A DNA stretch of 64,000 nt, from assembly GCA_964473825.1 (NCBI GenBank), contig CAYYQL010000011.1, positions 10,980 to 74,979 on the forward strand. The letters are read 5' to 3'. Shown here one piece after another: positions 17,802-27,168 of this stretch; within the stretch, counting starts at the first letter, position 1, and every line of letters starts with the position of its first letter. This DNA is from an uncultured archaeon. GTDB taxonomy: Archaea; Asgardarchaeota; Thorarchaeia; Thorarchaeales; Thorarchaeaceae. A program made the position numbers and the translations under genes. Under the pieces are notes generated by a model, which did not search any database, was not told where the DNA came from, and worked only from the letters and a program-made list of their open reading frames with translations.

Positions 17802-18296
17802 GTGAAAAACGTGAGGTCATCTCTAACCATAGGCTTGCTCGTAGTCTTGATTATCAGCATCCCAGTCAAAGATGTAAGAAGAAACGGATTTGCCGCCTCA
17901 GCAAATGGGGACAATGTGAGTCTGAGCATTGACTTTGGCAATGGAACCCTGAGTGCGTATGACAACTTGCAGGGCAGCACAGTACTGAACGTAACGGAGA
18001 GTGTCGTTGCTGTTGAGTACGAATGGTACGGAGATTTGGTGTTTGTAACTTCGATAGCTAATGTATCGAATGATGCAGACCAGGGGCTCTGGTGGCAATA
18101 CTGGATCAACGGAGAGATTGGATCTGTTGCTGCCAATCAATACACAGTTGAGGAGGGTGATCTCATAGAGTGGCGACTGGGCCCCACAGAAGTACCTCCA
18201 GCTGAAACAGACTGGTCACTCCTGATTGGTTTGTCCATCGTTTTGGCGGCAGCACTTCTGTTCCTAATTCTTCTCCGACTATCATCCCGGGGGTAG
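17802..18296 (+). CDS. DUF4430 (transcobalamin-like C-terminal domain) membrane-anchored protein, probable cobalamin binder
   Basis: Signal/TM, IDFGNG, FVTSIANV, WWQYWING...VAANQYTVEEGDLIEW, C-terminal TM. Confidence 0.85.
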   Translation: MKNVRSSLTIGLLVVLIISIPVKDVRRNGFAASANGDNVSLSIDFGNGTLSAYDNLQGSTVLNVTESVVAVEYEWYGDLVFVTSIANVSNDADQGLWWQYWINGEIGSVAANQYTVEEGDLIEWRLGPTEVPPAETDWSLLIGLSIVLAAALLFLILLRLSSRG

Positions 18297-18302
18297 ATTC
18301 CT

Positions 18303-19067
18303 TTGGTCGATAATGCCATGAAGCACGCTGCTATTTGTATGATACTTGCGTTGATGATGATATCATCTGCAGGGAACTATCACGATTGTTTCACCCCCTC
18401 GGACGAGGGAAATACCATCGTGAAGTGGAATGTTATTGAGGGGCCTTCCACACCGGTTGCATGGGGATGGTCAGGATCCGAAAAATGGCGGGTCCAGAGA
18501 GATTCGAAGATTGCATTTGAGGTGACCGCGGTTGAGCCTGAAGTCGACGGCATCCTAACAATAGGGAACTTAACAGTCAATGCAAACAACAGCCAGATTG
18601 GAACAGAGCTGGTATTGGGTGTATGGGGATCGACTCCCTTCTTCCCGGGGCTCATCATTCCCATTGATGACGAGGCAGTTGACCAACTGAACCAGACCGC
18701 TCAGGAGAGTGCTGCAAGGAAGAGTGGAAACTACATGAATGGTTCGATGGCAGTCTATACTGAAGAAGTAATTTCTTCGAACGGGACCTATCAATGTGTA
18801 GTGTTCGACTACGTTCAAGATCCTGTGGCTTTTGGGGAACCGCAGAAGACAGAATTGAAATACGATTTGGAGACCGGCGTTCTCGTATTCTGCAACACAT
18901 CTTACTCATTCGGAACGCCCTACATGCTTACTCTTGAGATATCATCAATAGAACAGCCTACTAGCCTCCGTATTCCATATCTGCAGTTGATCACAACGAT
19001 AGCATTGAGTGGGACTGCGACAGTGATAGTCTTCACCTTTGGTGTATGGTACCTGAAGAGAAGGTGA
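18303..19067 (+). CDS. Secreted, C-terminally anchored hypothetical protein
   Basis: Signal peptide, beta-rich body (YDLETGVLV), TM helix followed by KRR. Confidence 0.75.
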   Translation: MVDNAMKHAAICMILALMMISSAGNYHDCFTPSDEGNTIVKWNVIEGPSTPVAWGWSGSEKWRVQRDSKIAFEVTAVEPEVDGILTIGNLTVNANNSQIGTELVLGVWGSTPFFPGLIIPIDDEAVDQLNQTAQESAARKSGNYMNGSMAVYTEEVISSNGTYQCVVFDYVQDPVAFGEPQKTELKYDLETGVLVFCNTSYSFGTPYMLTLEISSIEQPTSLRIPYLQLITTIALSGTATVIVFTFGVWYLKRR

Positions 19068-19077
19068 CCGGAGAGGC

Positions 19078-19677
19078 TTGGGGATGAAAGAAGAAGAAGA
19101 GGTTCAAATCTCAAGGAGCAGATGGGTTGCCCTAGCTGCCACGATGACCGCACTTGCTCTCGTGGGAAACTACTCATTAGTTGCAATCCCAAGTGTAGAG
19201 TTCGGCACAGCAGTTCTCTTCGTGACGGCGTACGTGTTCGGCCTTGGCATGGGAATTTGGTGTACTCTATTGATGTCATTGGTCTTTGGGATCATGAACC
19301 CTTGGGGCTCATTCATTCCCCAGATATGGATATTCCAAGTCATCGGTTGGACTTATGTCTGTGCCACTGCGGCTCTTCTAGGTAGGAATAGCCCAGTCAT
19401 TGACCATAACCGACCCAGTTTTCTCAAGCTTGCAACGGTGGGTGCGTTCATCACGTTGGTCTTTGACCTTCTGGCAAATGCAGGCTTTTCCCTTGCATTT
19501 GGATACCCATACTTCCTTTCGATTCTGACAGGGCTTCCCTTCACTGCGGTGCATGTCTTTTCAAACGCCCTCATAATCCCTCTGGCAGTTCCTAGACTAG
19601 AACTCGCAATCAAACGAGACCTTGGCGGTGCAATCTGGTCCGCTAAAACAGATCTTCCTGATTCTACCGAAGAGTAA
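19078..19677 (+). CDS. ECF transporter S component (CbrT-like, probably cobalamin)
   Basis: VALAATMTALA (AxxxA), IPSVE, five to six TM, GLPF..VHVFSN; next to a DUF4430 gene. Confidence 0.75.
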   Translation: MGMKEEEEVQISRSRWVALAATMTALALVGNYSLVAIPSVEFGTAVLFVTAYVFGLGMGIWCTLLMSLVFGIMNPWGSFIPQIWIFQVIGWTYVCATAALLGRNSPVIDHNRPSFLKLATVGAFITLVFDLLANAGFSLAFGYPYFLSILTGLPFTAVHVFSNALIIPLAVPRLELAIKRDLGGAIWSAKTDLPDSTEE

Positions 19678-19718
19678 AATACACACAAGACTCACGACAG
19701 AGCGGAGCGTGGCCGCCA

Positions 19719-20357
19719 TTGCACTGGAAAGACATCCTCATTGGACTCTCGGAGCCAGCAGACGGACGGGTGCCCCCCGTCTTTAAGCCGTACCATGCAG
19801 CTGTTGCGGTTATCATGATTGGCAGGCGCCAACCTCTTGGAAGATATGAGCTCTGTGAGAATATGTCAGTGGGTGAGGGCAGCGTGAGAACACTCCTGAA
19901 GAGGCTCTCAGAGAGCGGCCATATCGCTCCAGAAGGGAGGCAGGGACAGAAACTGACAAACACCGGAAAGAATCTCTTCGAGAATATGATCCATGATATT
20001 CCTTTCGGACTCTTTCTTGATGTAGGAAAGTTGACCGTATTCGAGTATTCCTTCGCCAACGTTGCAAGGGACAAGGCGGAATCAGTAACCGACGGAATAA
20101 GGCAGAGAGATGAGGCGATCATCCAAGGCGGAGCAGAAAGCGCAGGTGCAACAACACTCATCATGAAAGATGGGCTCCTCGTCATGCCACCTGATGATTT
20201 CAATACTCTCGGAGCGTATCCCGAGGAAACCCTTCTCATAACTGAGAGCCTGAAACCGCAAGAGAACGATGCAATAGTGATAGGATCCGCAGACAATAGA
20301 AATCTTGCAAGGGAGGTCTCAATGGCTGCGGTCATGACTCTGTTTGAAGTTGATTGA
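19719..20357 (+). CDS. Conserved archaeal wHTH protein (DUF2111/DUF4443-like)
   Basis: PLGRYEL...VGEGSVRTLLKRL, GIRQRDEAI..GA..ATTL, DAIVIGSA. Confidence 0.75.
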   Translation: MHWKDILIGLSEPADGRVPPVFKPYHAAVAVIMIGRRQPLGRYELCENMSVGEGSVRTLLKRLSESGHIAPEGRQGQKLTNTGKNLFENMIHDIPFGLFLDVGKLTVFEYSFANVARDKAESVTDGIRQRDEAIIQGGAESAGATTLIMKDGLLVMPPDDFNTLGAYPEETLLITESLKPQENDAIVIGSADNRNLAREVSMAAVMTLFEVD

Positions 20358-20359
20358 GA

Positions 20360-21175
20360 ATGCAGACAGACCTGTACGGAAATGTGCCTGTAGTAGTGAT
20401 AGATGTTCACGAAACTGGCGGAAAACGGATGAACTCTGTCAAACACCTGATGTCTATGCTGGATAAGGAAGAGATACAGTACACCGTACAGAAAATTCCT
20501 ATTGCCGATGTCTTGGGGCCAGAGGGCATTGCCATCGAGAGAAAGACTGTAAACGACTTTGTCAACACGTTGAAGGGGAGTGCAGCTGGAGTACCCCGAT
20601 TTCAGAAGCAGATGGACGCACTTATGGAATACGAGAAGCCATATCTTCTCATTGAGAACATACTCTCGATAAGAAGAGATCCGGTCAAGGGATGTGTATA
20701 CATACCCTTCAAGAGCAACAAGTCGAAGAACAAACCCTTCATGGTCACGATGGAACGTGTGAGTTACATCCATCCGTCAGCATTCGATGCACTGATAGAG
20801 AGTGTACGTGAGCGAGGCATCGAGATTCTTGAGGGTTTCAATGCACTACACTCTGCAGGCCTGATTTATGGAGCACTATTTCCTAGTGACGAGTACAAGC
20901 ATGAAAAGGGAACCAGACTGCCCGTTGTCAGGACACGTAAGGGACTTGATTCCATGGCTGACGAGCAGGAATTCTTCATAGCGGGCTTCCCAAGTGTCAA
21001 TGTCGTTAGAGCAAAGGCGCTTCTCAAGCTCTTTGGGAATCCCCATGAAGTAGTCAGGAGAATCGATGAATGGGAAGAAGTACCAGGCATTGGCCCCAAG
21101 ACAGTTGCAGCCGCCAGAAAGGTGCTCTTTTCAGACTACCTTGACGAGGAAGACACCGATTCAGCCGATGACTAG
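20360..21175 (+). CDS. xpf: Short XPF/ERCC4 structure-specific endonuclease with HhH2
   Basis: VIDVHE, IADV, IERKTVNDF, LLIE, and C-terminal FPSV..VRAKALL / VPGIGPKT. Confidence 0.85.
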   Translation: MQTDLYGNVPVVVIDVHETGGKRMNSVKHLMSMLDKEEIQYTVQKIPIADVLGPEGIAIERKTVNDFVNTLKGSAAGVPRFQKQMDALMEYEKPYLLIENILSIRRDPVKGCVYIPFKSNKSKNKPFMVTMERVSYIHPSAFDALIESVRERGIEILEGFNALHSAGLIYGALFPSDEYKHEKGTRLPVVRTRKGLDSMADEQEFFIAGFPSVNVVRAKALLKLFGNPHEVVRRIDEWEEVPGIGPKTVAAARKVLFSDYLDEEDTDSADD

Positions 21176-21232
21176 CTCGATAATCTTAAAAGCCAGCTAT
21201 TCTATGCTCATAAAATAGTTGGTGATAATCTC

Positions 21233-22321
21233 ATGGCAGACATTCGTGTCGCAATAGCAGGACTTGGTAATTGTGCCTCCGCATTGGTTCAGGGCGTCCA
21301 CTATTACAGGAACGCCAAGGCAGACGAAGAGATACCGGGACTGATGCACGTTGATTTTGGAGGATACTTCCCGAAGGACCTCAAGTTTGTTGCAGTGTTC
21401 GAAGCAAACAGGAAGAAGATAGGTCTAGATATAGCAGATGCAATTTGGGCTGAGCCCAATTGCTGCGCGAAGTTTGCACCAGATGTGCCCAAGACTGGTG
21501 TGAAAGTCTTGCCAGGACCTATTTCTGACGGGGTGGCCCCCCACATGAGAGAGTCATTCTTCGCATATGATGAAGATGAGATAGAACCTGTTGACGTTGT
21601 TGAGGAGCTCAAGAAGGCCAATGCCGATGTGCTTGTCAGCTATCTCCCCGTAGGGAGTGCTGAGAGCTCGAGATTCTACGCCAAAGCGGCCCTCGACGCG
21701 GGGATAGGACTCATCAATGCAATTCCAGAGTTCATCGTTTCCGATCCAGATGACCCCATCGCGAAGGGGTTCAAGGAGAAAGGATTGCCGTGTGCAGGAG
21801 ATGACATCAAGAGCCAGCTCGGTGCCACGATCTTGCATAGAGTCCTTGCACAACTCTACGACAAGAGAGGGCTCGTACTGGACAACACCTACCAGTTGAA
21901 CATCGGAGGAAACACCGACTTTGAGAACATGCAGGTAGAAGACCGACTCAAGTCGAAGCGAGTAAGCAAGACCGAAGCTGTGACCAGCTGTGTGAAATAC
22001 GAGCTTCCAACCAAGATTGGTCCAAGCGATTATGTTCCATTCTTGGGAGACAACAAAGTGTGCTATATCACCATGCGCGCAAGAGCCTTTGGAGACCTGC
22101 CACTAGACCTTAACCTAAAACTGTCTGTGCAAGACTCTCCGAATAGTGCAGGCGTTATTATTGATGTCATTCGAGCCATCAAGATAGCGATGGACAGGGG
22201 CATCGGTGGCGAACTCTCAAGCATATCATCATATAGCTTCAAGCACCCTCGCTATCAGATTGATGACTTTGAAGCAAGAAACAGAGTGGACGAGTTCATC
22301 GAGGGAAAGAGAGAGCGCTAG
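21233..22321 (+). CDS. ino1: Inositol-3-phosphate (myo-inositol-1-phosphate) synthase
   Basis: GLGNCASALVQG, YLPVGS, GDDIKSQLGAT, QLNIGGNTDF, SKRVSKT, DSPNSAG. Confidence 0.97.
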   Translation: MADIRVAIAGLGNCASALVQGVHYYRNAKADEEIPGLMHVDFGGYFPKDLKFVAVFEANRKKIGLDIADAIWAEPNCCAKFAPDVPKTGVKVLPGPISDGVAPHMRESFFAYDEDEIEPVDVVEELKKANADVLVSYLPVGSAESSRFYAKAALDAGIGLINAIPEFIVSDPDDPIAKGFKEKGLPCAGDDIKSQLGATILHRVLAQLYDKRGLVLDNTYQLNIGGNTDFENMQVEDRLKSKRVSKTEAVTSCVKYELPTKIGPSDYVPFLGDNKVCYITMRARAFGDLPLDLNLKLSVQDSPNSAGVIIDVIRAIKIAMDRGIGGELSSISSYSFKHPRYQIDDFEARNRVDEFIEGKRER

Positions 22322-22358
22322 AGGAAGAACCTCTAGCCGCCCCAATCCTTCCTTTTCA

Positions 22359-23495
22359 TTAGATTTCCGTGAAGGCTTTTACCGCCCGCTCATCAAGCCG
22401 CTTGATGACCTCTACAAGCAGTTTTACAGCGTTTTCCACATCGCTCAGGTCAAGAATGGCATGATGTGAGTGGATATGCCTTGTGGGAATCCCTATGAAC
22501 AGTGAAGGAGCGCCCATGCCTGTGATATGGATGATGCCGGCATCAGTGCCTCCCGCCTTCAAGAACGCAGCCTGATGGCGTATATTGTGCTCTTCTGCGA
22601 TGTCAAGAACAAACTTCCTGAATCGTGGATTGGGAATCATGGATCCATCACCAGCGGATACTGAAACACCCTTTCCCATCTTCTGCACTATACCCTCTGT
22701 ACCAGGCACGTCTCCCGATATGTCTACATCCACCGCAAAACCAATATCAGGAAGCAACATCTGGGCCGCGGTTTGTGCTCCCCGAAGGCCTACCTCTTCC
22801 TGTGTTGTGGAAACACAATAGACCGTATTGGGAATTTCAACCTTCTCCTCCGAGAGCCTCCGCAGCACCTCAAGAATGATGAACACGCCTATCCTGTCGT
22901 CGAAAGCCTTTGCAGCAGCAACGGTTACCTCCCGAGATACCTTCTCATCGTCATCACCATTCTTCTTCTTCTCTTTGAACTTCCGGGCCATGGTCCTGAA
23001 CTCAGCATGGGGTACAGCAGGATCTCCCACTCGAACACCGAGTTCTTTTACCTCATCTGCGGAACGACAGCCGACATCGATGTACATCTTCTCCTTGGTC
23101 ACGACTTTGCTCCGCTCCTCCTGAGAGAGAATGTGTGGGGGAGGGGCACCAATCACTCCAGTGATGAATCCATCACCCTCAGACGGTTTGAGTACTACTT
23201 CATGACCAAGCAGAACCTGATCCCACCACCCACCAAGCTGATGGAACCGGAGGAAGCCATTCTTCTCGACTTTCGTGACAACAAACCCAATCTCATCGAC
23301 ATGCCCTGCCAGCATTATCTTAGGACCCGAGCTGCCCTTCTGAAACACTACAGAGCCCATTCTATCCTGTAGAACGTCATCGGCGTACTTCGCACCATAT
23401 TCTTTGACAACTCTTTGGACCTCGTGTTCGTGACCACTCGGACCGAACGCGTTGCAGAGTTTCTCAAGTAAACCAACATCTAACTCAAAACCCAT
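22359..23495 (-). CDS. M42 family (TET) aminopeptidase
   Basis: GPSGHE, AGHVDEIG, KAFDDRIG, QEEVGLRGA, GGTDAG, PTRHIHS. Start at ATG 23495. Confidence 0.93.
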   Translation of the reverse strand: MGFELDVGLLEKLCNAFGPSGHEHEVQRVVKEYGAKYADDVLQDRMGSVVFQKGSSGPKIMLAGHVDEIGFVVTKVEKNGFLRFHQLGGWWDQVLLGHEVVLKPSEGDGFITGVIGAPPPHILSQEERSKVVTKEKMYIDVGCRSADEVKELGVRVGDPAVPHAEFRTMARKFKEKKKNGDDDEKVSREVTVAAAKAFDDRIGVFIILEVLRRLSEEKVEIPNTVYCVSTTQEEVGLRGAQTAAQMLLPDIGFAVDVDISGDVPGTEGIVQKMGKGVSVSAGDGSMIPNPRFRKFVLDIAEEHNIRHQAAFLKAGGTDAGIIHITGMGAPSLFIGIPTRHIHSHHAILDLSDVENAVKLLVEVIKRLDERAVKAFTEI

Positions 23496-23572
23496 TATGA
23501 TCAACTTCAACGGCGTAGTTATTGACAAGTCGAGTGCTAAAAGACTACACAAATCGGTTTCGGTAGCTACTG

Positions 23573-24112
23573 TTATTGGAGACTGGATTCGGCAAGCAGA
23601 TAGAATGCATGTTCCACATTCTCCCCTGTTAGGGCGCTGGTTTCAAGATAACCGTTGAGACCGTTCTCTTCAACGAACTGGCGGGCCATCTCTGAGGTTA
23701 TGACACGCTCATCCGCAAGGTCAACTTTGTTCGCAAGGAGTATGATGGGAATTCTCTGGCCAAGAGCGTTCTCGGTCTCTTCTATCCAGTTGGGAAGGGC
23801 ATCGTAGGTGTTCTTTCTCGTAACATCGAAGACGAGCAGAGCTCCCTTTGCCCCTTTGTAATAACTGGAACGTATGAAATCGAAGCGCTGCTGTCCGGCC
23901 AGATCCCAGACCAGCAACTTCACCGTAACGCTTCGGCCATTGTCCTTGTCAACAGTGACAGTCTTGACTGCAAACTGACTTCCTATTGTGACAATGTACT
24001 GCTCTGAGAACTTCTGGGTCAGGAACCTATTCACCAGGGCGGTCTTGCCACTTCCGCCTGCTCCAATCATGACTACCTTCCGCATGTACTGAAACGTATC
24101 TGACACAGTCAA
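23573..24112 (-). CDS. Rab-like small GTPase without a C-terminal prenylation motif
   Basis: GAGGSGKT, YIVTIGSQF, WDLAGQQRF, YYKGA, ANKVD, ETSALTG; ends AESSLQ. Confidence 0.92.
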   Translation of the reverse strand: MTVSDTFQYMRKVVMIGAGGSGKTALVNRFLTQKFSEQYIVTIGSQFAVKTVTVDKDNGRSVTVKLLVWDLAGQQRFDFIRSSYYKGAKGALLVFDVTRKNTYDALPNWIEETENALGQRIPIILLANKVDLADERVITSEMARQFVEENGLNGYLETSALTGENVEHAFYLLAESSLQ

Positions 24113-24300
24113 CCCTCAAATCTTGGAATCCATTAGTTCCTGGCCGTTTGGTCTATTCCTGCCCATCACGATGTCATCGATGTGCATTGACGAGTCCGAT
24201 GGAAGCTATTTAGCCTTTATTCGCATTTGAGGGGCTGCTAGGTCGTGCCACCAGACATAAACCATTTGGCGCCCCGTAACGAGAATTGGATGACATCCAC

Positions 24301-24335
24301 AAAGAGATTATATTCGGTAATACCCGGGTAGTACC
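24301..24335 (+). promoter_or_regulatory. BRE/TATA-like box followed by a palindromic operator
   Basis: AAAGAG-ATTATATT (24301-24314), then GGTAATACCC|GGGTAGTACC (24316-24335, one mismatch), then a GGGAGG RBS. Confidence 0.55.
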
Positions 24336-24352
24336 AGCCGGGAGGCCAGACA

Positions 24353-24532
24353 GTGCGACTGATTACAGTCAAGATGAGCGAGATTTACGTAGACGCAGTA
24401 GACAAACTGGTGGACAAGGGTATGTATCCCAGCAGAAGTGAGGCCATTCGAGTCGCCATTCGAGATCTTCTCATGAGAGAGCTATGGGTCGATGGTATGC
24501 CGCATATGGTTCAGAGCAGCAAACAGGACTAA
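24353..24532 (+). CDS. Ribbon-helix-helix regulator, CdrS/aCcr1-like (59 aa; not in the ORF track)
   Basis: Manual translation MRLITVKMSEIYVDAVDKLVDKGMYPSRSEAIRVAIRDLLMRELWVDGMPHMVQSSKQD; GTG start with GGAGG RBS. Confidence 0.9.
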   Translation: MRLITVKMSEIYVDAVDKLVDKGMYPSRSEAIRVAIRDLLMRELWVDGMPHMVQSSKQD

Positions 24533-24631
24533 CTCCTTCCAGCGCAGCGTGCTCACATACCCGCAAGACACTTTAATGTTGCAAACAAGTCCATCCCAGC
24601 CATCACATCATGTTCAGGAGGATGCGATACT

Positions 24632-25150
24632 GTGAATCTAAGAATATTCTTCAAGAGCGTGAAATTCGCGTTCAGAGCAAGAAGAAGGGTCATCTCCTTC
24701 ATAATAATATACGCCATTCTCTATATTCTGGTGGGGAAACAGCTTGCAGGTTCTCCTGTAGGTACTGAATGGCCATGGGTTATCCTGGCATTCATCGTCT
24801 CAACCATCTATGCGATTCTTATCAGTCAATTCAGAAGGAGAGACATTGCAATACTGAAATGCGTGTCATGGGGTAACCAAGACATAATGATTCTCCTAAT
24901 AGGCGAGGTTGTTCTGGTTGCACTGGCGGCGTTCTTTGTAGTGTTCCAGCTCAGCATTGAGATATTGGGCTTGATAGCCTACTTTGGGGACATTACCTTC
25001 CTGCTGGATATCCAGAGTCTGATTGTAGTTCCAGTGGCCCCCATGTTGACTACCCTGCTTCTAGTCGTTGTCCTGCAACTGCCGGGATTGGGACTAGCAC
25101 AGTATCGGGCTATGAAAATACCACCTATGCGAGCTCTCAGGGAGGAATAA
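24632..25150 (+). CDS. Minimal FtsX/MacB-type ABC permease with no extracytoplasmic domain
   Basis: RRRDIAILKCVSW...LIGE and RAMKIPPMRALREE; only 172 aa, 4 TM. Confidence 0.8.
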   Translation: MNLRIFFKSVKFAFRARRRVISFIIIYAILYILVGKQLAGSPVGTEWPWVILAFIVSTIYAILISQFRRRDIAILKCVSWGNQDIMILLIGEVVLVALAAFFVVFQLSIEILGLIAYFGDITFLLDIQSLIVVPVAPMLTTLLLVVVLQLPGLGLAQYRAMKIPPMRALREE

Positions 25151-25153
25151 AAA

Positions 25154-25834
25154 GTGCCAAACGCAATCATCCAAGTTGAAGGGGTCAACAAAGAATATGG
25201 TTCAGGCAAGAAGACAGTTGCAGCACTCAAGGATGTCAATCTGGAAATCAACCGCGGCGAATTTGTGGGCGTTGTTGGGCCGTCCGGCTGCGGCAAATCA
25301 ACACTTCTACACGTGATGTCAGGGCTTGAGGCACCCACCTCTGGCAGAGTGCTACTTGATGGTGTTGACGTCACGCTGATCAGCGAGAGAGACCTTCCAA
25401 AGGTCAGAGCCCAGAAGATTGGTTTTGTGTTCCAAGCATTCCTGTTGATTGAGGATCTGACGGCATTTGAAAACATACAGGCCGTCCTATGGCCCAATGA
25501 AGAAATCACGAAGCAGAAGCAAGAGTCCATGGCACTTCAAGTCCTGAGAGAGGTTGACATGCTGGAGAGAAGGGATCACTTCCCGAAACAACTCAGCGGT
25601 GGAGAACAGCAACGTGTGGCCATAGCTCGAGCCCTAGTCAATCAGCCACCTGTTCTCTTCTGTGATGAGCCAACCGGAAACCTAGACTCGAAATCGGGCG
25701 AGAATATCATGAAAATCATCGCCTCACTGAACAAAGAGAAGGGAATGACGGTAGTATTGGTCACTCACAATGAAGAGCTAGTCAAATATGCCAAGCGGAT
25801 TCTAAGAATGAAGGATGGCGTTGTTCGAGCGTAG
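25154..25834 (+). CDS. ABC ATPase, LolD/MacB/FtsE family
   Basis: GPSGCGKST, IGFVFQ, LSGGEQQRVAIARAL, DEPTGNLD, VTH. Confidence 0.95.
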   Translation: MPNAIIQVEGVNKEYGSGKKTVAALKDVNLEINRGEFVGVVGPSGCGKSTLLHVMSGLEAPTSGRVLLDGVDVTLISERDLPKVRAQKIGFVFQAFLLIEDLTAFENIQAVLWPNEEITKQKQESMALQVLREVDMLERRDHFPKQLSGGEQQRVAIARALVNQPPVLFCDEPTGNLDSKSGENIMKIIASLNKEKGMTVVLVTHNEELVKYAKRILRMKDGVVRA

Positions 25835-25907
25835 CAGCAGCACTCGCTGGCAAAGTCTTAGATGTCAAGATTCGGTCCCGCACGCAGGAAAGGGAGCCCG
25901 TTAATCC

Positions 25908-26744
25908 ATGGAAACCACTAACTGCCGTGAGATGGAGAAGACAGCCAATGAGCGGGCAGCAGAGGGTATGAACAGCGATGCATTTGAACTGTTCCTCAAA
26001 GCTGGCGAATGCTGGATGAGATGGGAGTCTTTCTCAAAGACAGCGGACTGCTACGAGAGGGCCTATGAACACGGCATGTTGGCCCAACGATATACTGAAG
26101 GAGCCAGGATCATGAAAGAGGCGGGGAATGCATGGATTAAGTCTGGCCAGCACGAGAAGTTTGAGATTGATTATCAGATAGCAGCAGAGGCTTACATTCT
26201 GGCTGCAGAGAAGGAGAAGAATCCGAAACTCTTGCTAGATGGAGCGTACTCTGCAATCCTCGGAGGAGACCTGGAGCTAGCACGCCAGCTTATTCATGCA
26301 TCTGCAGAAACAATCCGGGGTGGAGCAAAAGAACTCATCAATCTTGCTTTGATGCTGACGGAGTATCAGTTCGGTGACGCTGACAACTATATTGATGCCG
26401 CCGTTGCCAGAGTTCTTGACAGACACAGGTTTTCAGAAATCACAGAGATGTTTAGGCTTGTCTTCATTGGGTTTGTCAGAACAACACTGGAATCAGAAAT
26501 TGCAGTTTCGCTGGCCGGTCTTGCAGAGAGCACAGGGTTAGATAGTGAAAGAGTCAAGGAGATTGTGCTGAAAGGACTTGAGACAGGGTTGATTCCCGCG
26601 TATTTCGACCGTAAATCCGAGGAACTAGTGATCGATACAGATAGAACCGACATTTCTGATGTTAGAAGAAGGAAGCGCCCGATACTGAGTACAGACTTGC
26701 AGGATCCGGGGGCATGGGACATTGACACAACTCAAGAGGAATAG
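25908..26744 (+). CDS. Helical-repeat (SNAP/TPR-like) protein with a C-terminal PCI-like winged helix
   Basis: A.ELFLKAGEC / TADCYERA repeats; VSLAGLAESTGLDSERVKEIVLKGLETGLIPAYFDRKSEELVI. Confidence 0.7.
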   Translation: METTNCREMEKTANERAAEGMNSDAFELFLKAGECWMRWESFSKTADCYERAYEHGMLAQRYTEGARIMKEAGNAWIKSGQHEKFEIDYQIAAEAYILAAEKEKNPKLLLDGAYSAILGGDLELARQLIHASAETIRGGAKELINLALMLTEYQFGDADNYIDAAVARVLDRHRFSEITEMFRLVFIGFVRTTLESEIAVSLAGLAESTGLDSERVKEIVLKGLETGLIPAYFDRKSEELVIDTDRTDISDVRRRKRPILSTDLQDPGAWDIDTTQEE

Positions 26745-26922
26745 CACTCTGGCGATGTTCAAACAAGGAGAATAGAGCAAGCATTCATTTCGGGTGAAAC
26801 TCTCTTACCGACCGGTGCCAGCAACTGACTCGAAACGCGCAGAAGCCCGTGTAAGAAATCTTTTTCAGTACCTTTATTCAAACTGACAACTCGTCAGCTC
26901 CCTCACTAACAGGTGGTGCCAA

Positions 26923-27141
26923 ATGTCTGAAGGACTCAAGTGGTTACAATGTCCTGTCTGCAAGGAAACAATCTACTGGAAGGTGCCAGCTGATATACTC
27001 AAGGGAGTCGAGCGATTCCCTACTCCTATTGTGATAAAACACGAAGATCATTACCTTATCTGTTACGTTGATAGTCACTATCAGCTTGCTGATACTGAAG
27101 TCGTATCAGCATTCATAGAAGCTCAGGCCAAAGAAACCTGA
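26923..27141 (+). CDS. Small Zn-binding protein (CPxC...H..H), a type common in Asgard archaea
   Basis: LQCPVCKE...HEDHYLICYVDSHY; AGGTGG RBS. Confidence 0.75.
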   Translation: MSEGLKWLQCPVCKETIYWKVPADILKGVERFPTPIVIKHEDHYLICYVDSHYQLADTEVVSAFIEAQAKET

Positions 27142-27168
27142 ACGAACTGATTCTCGTCCATGGTGTCG

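Noticed and set aside
19664-20773. 369-aa minus-strand ORF and similar long shadow ORFs (e.g. 29350-30009, 40080-40727, 56036-56692)
   Set aside because: They are antisense to well-supported genes and carry no recognisable motifs.
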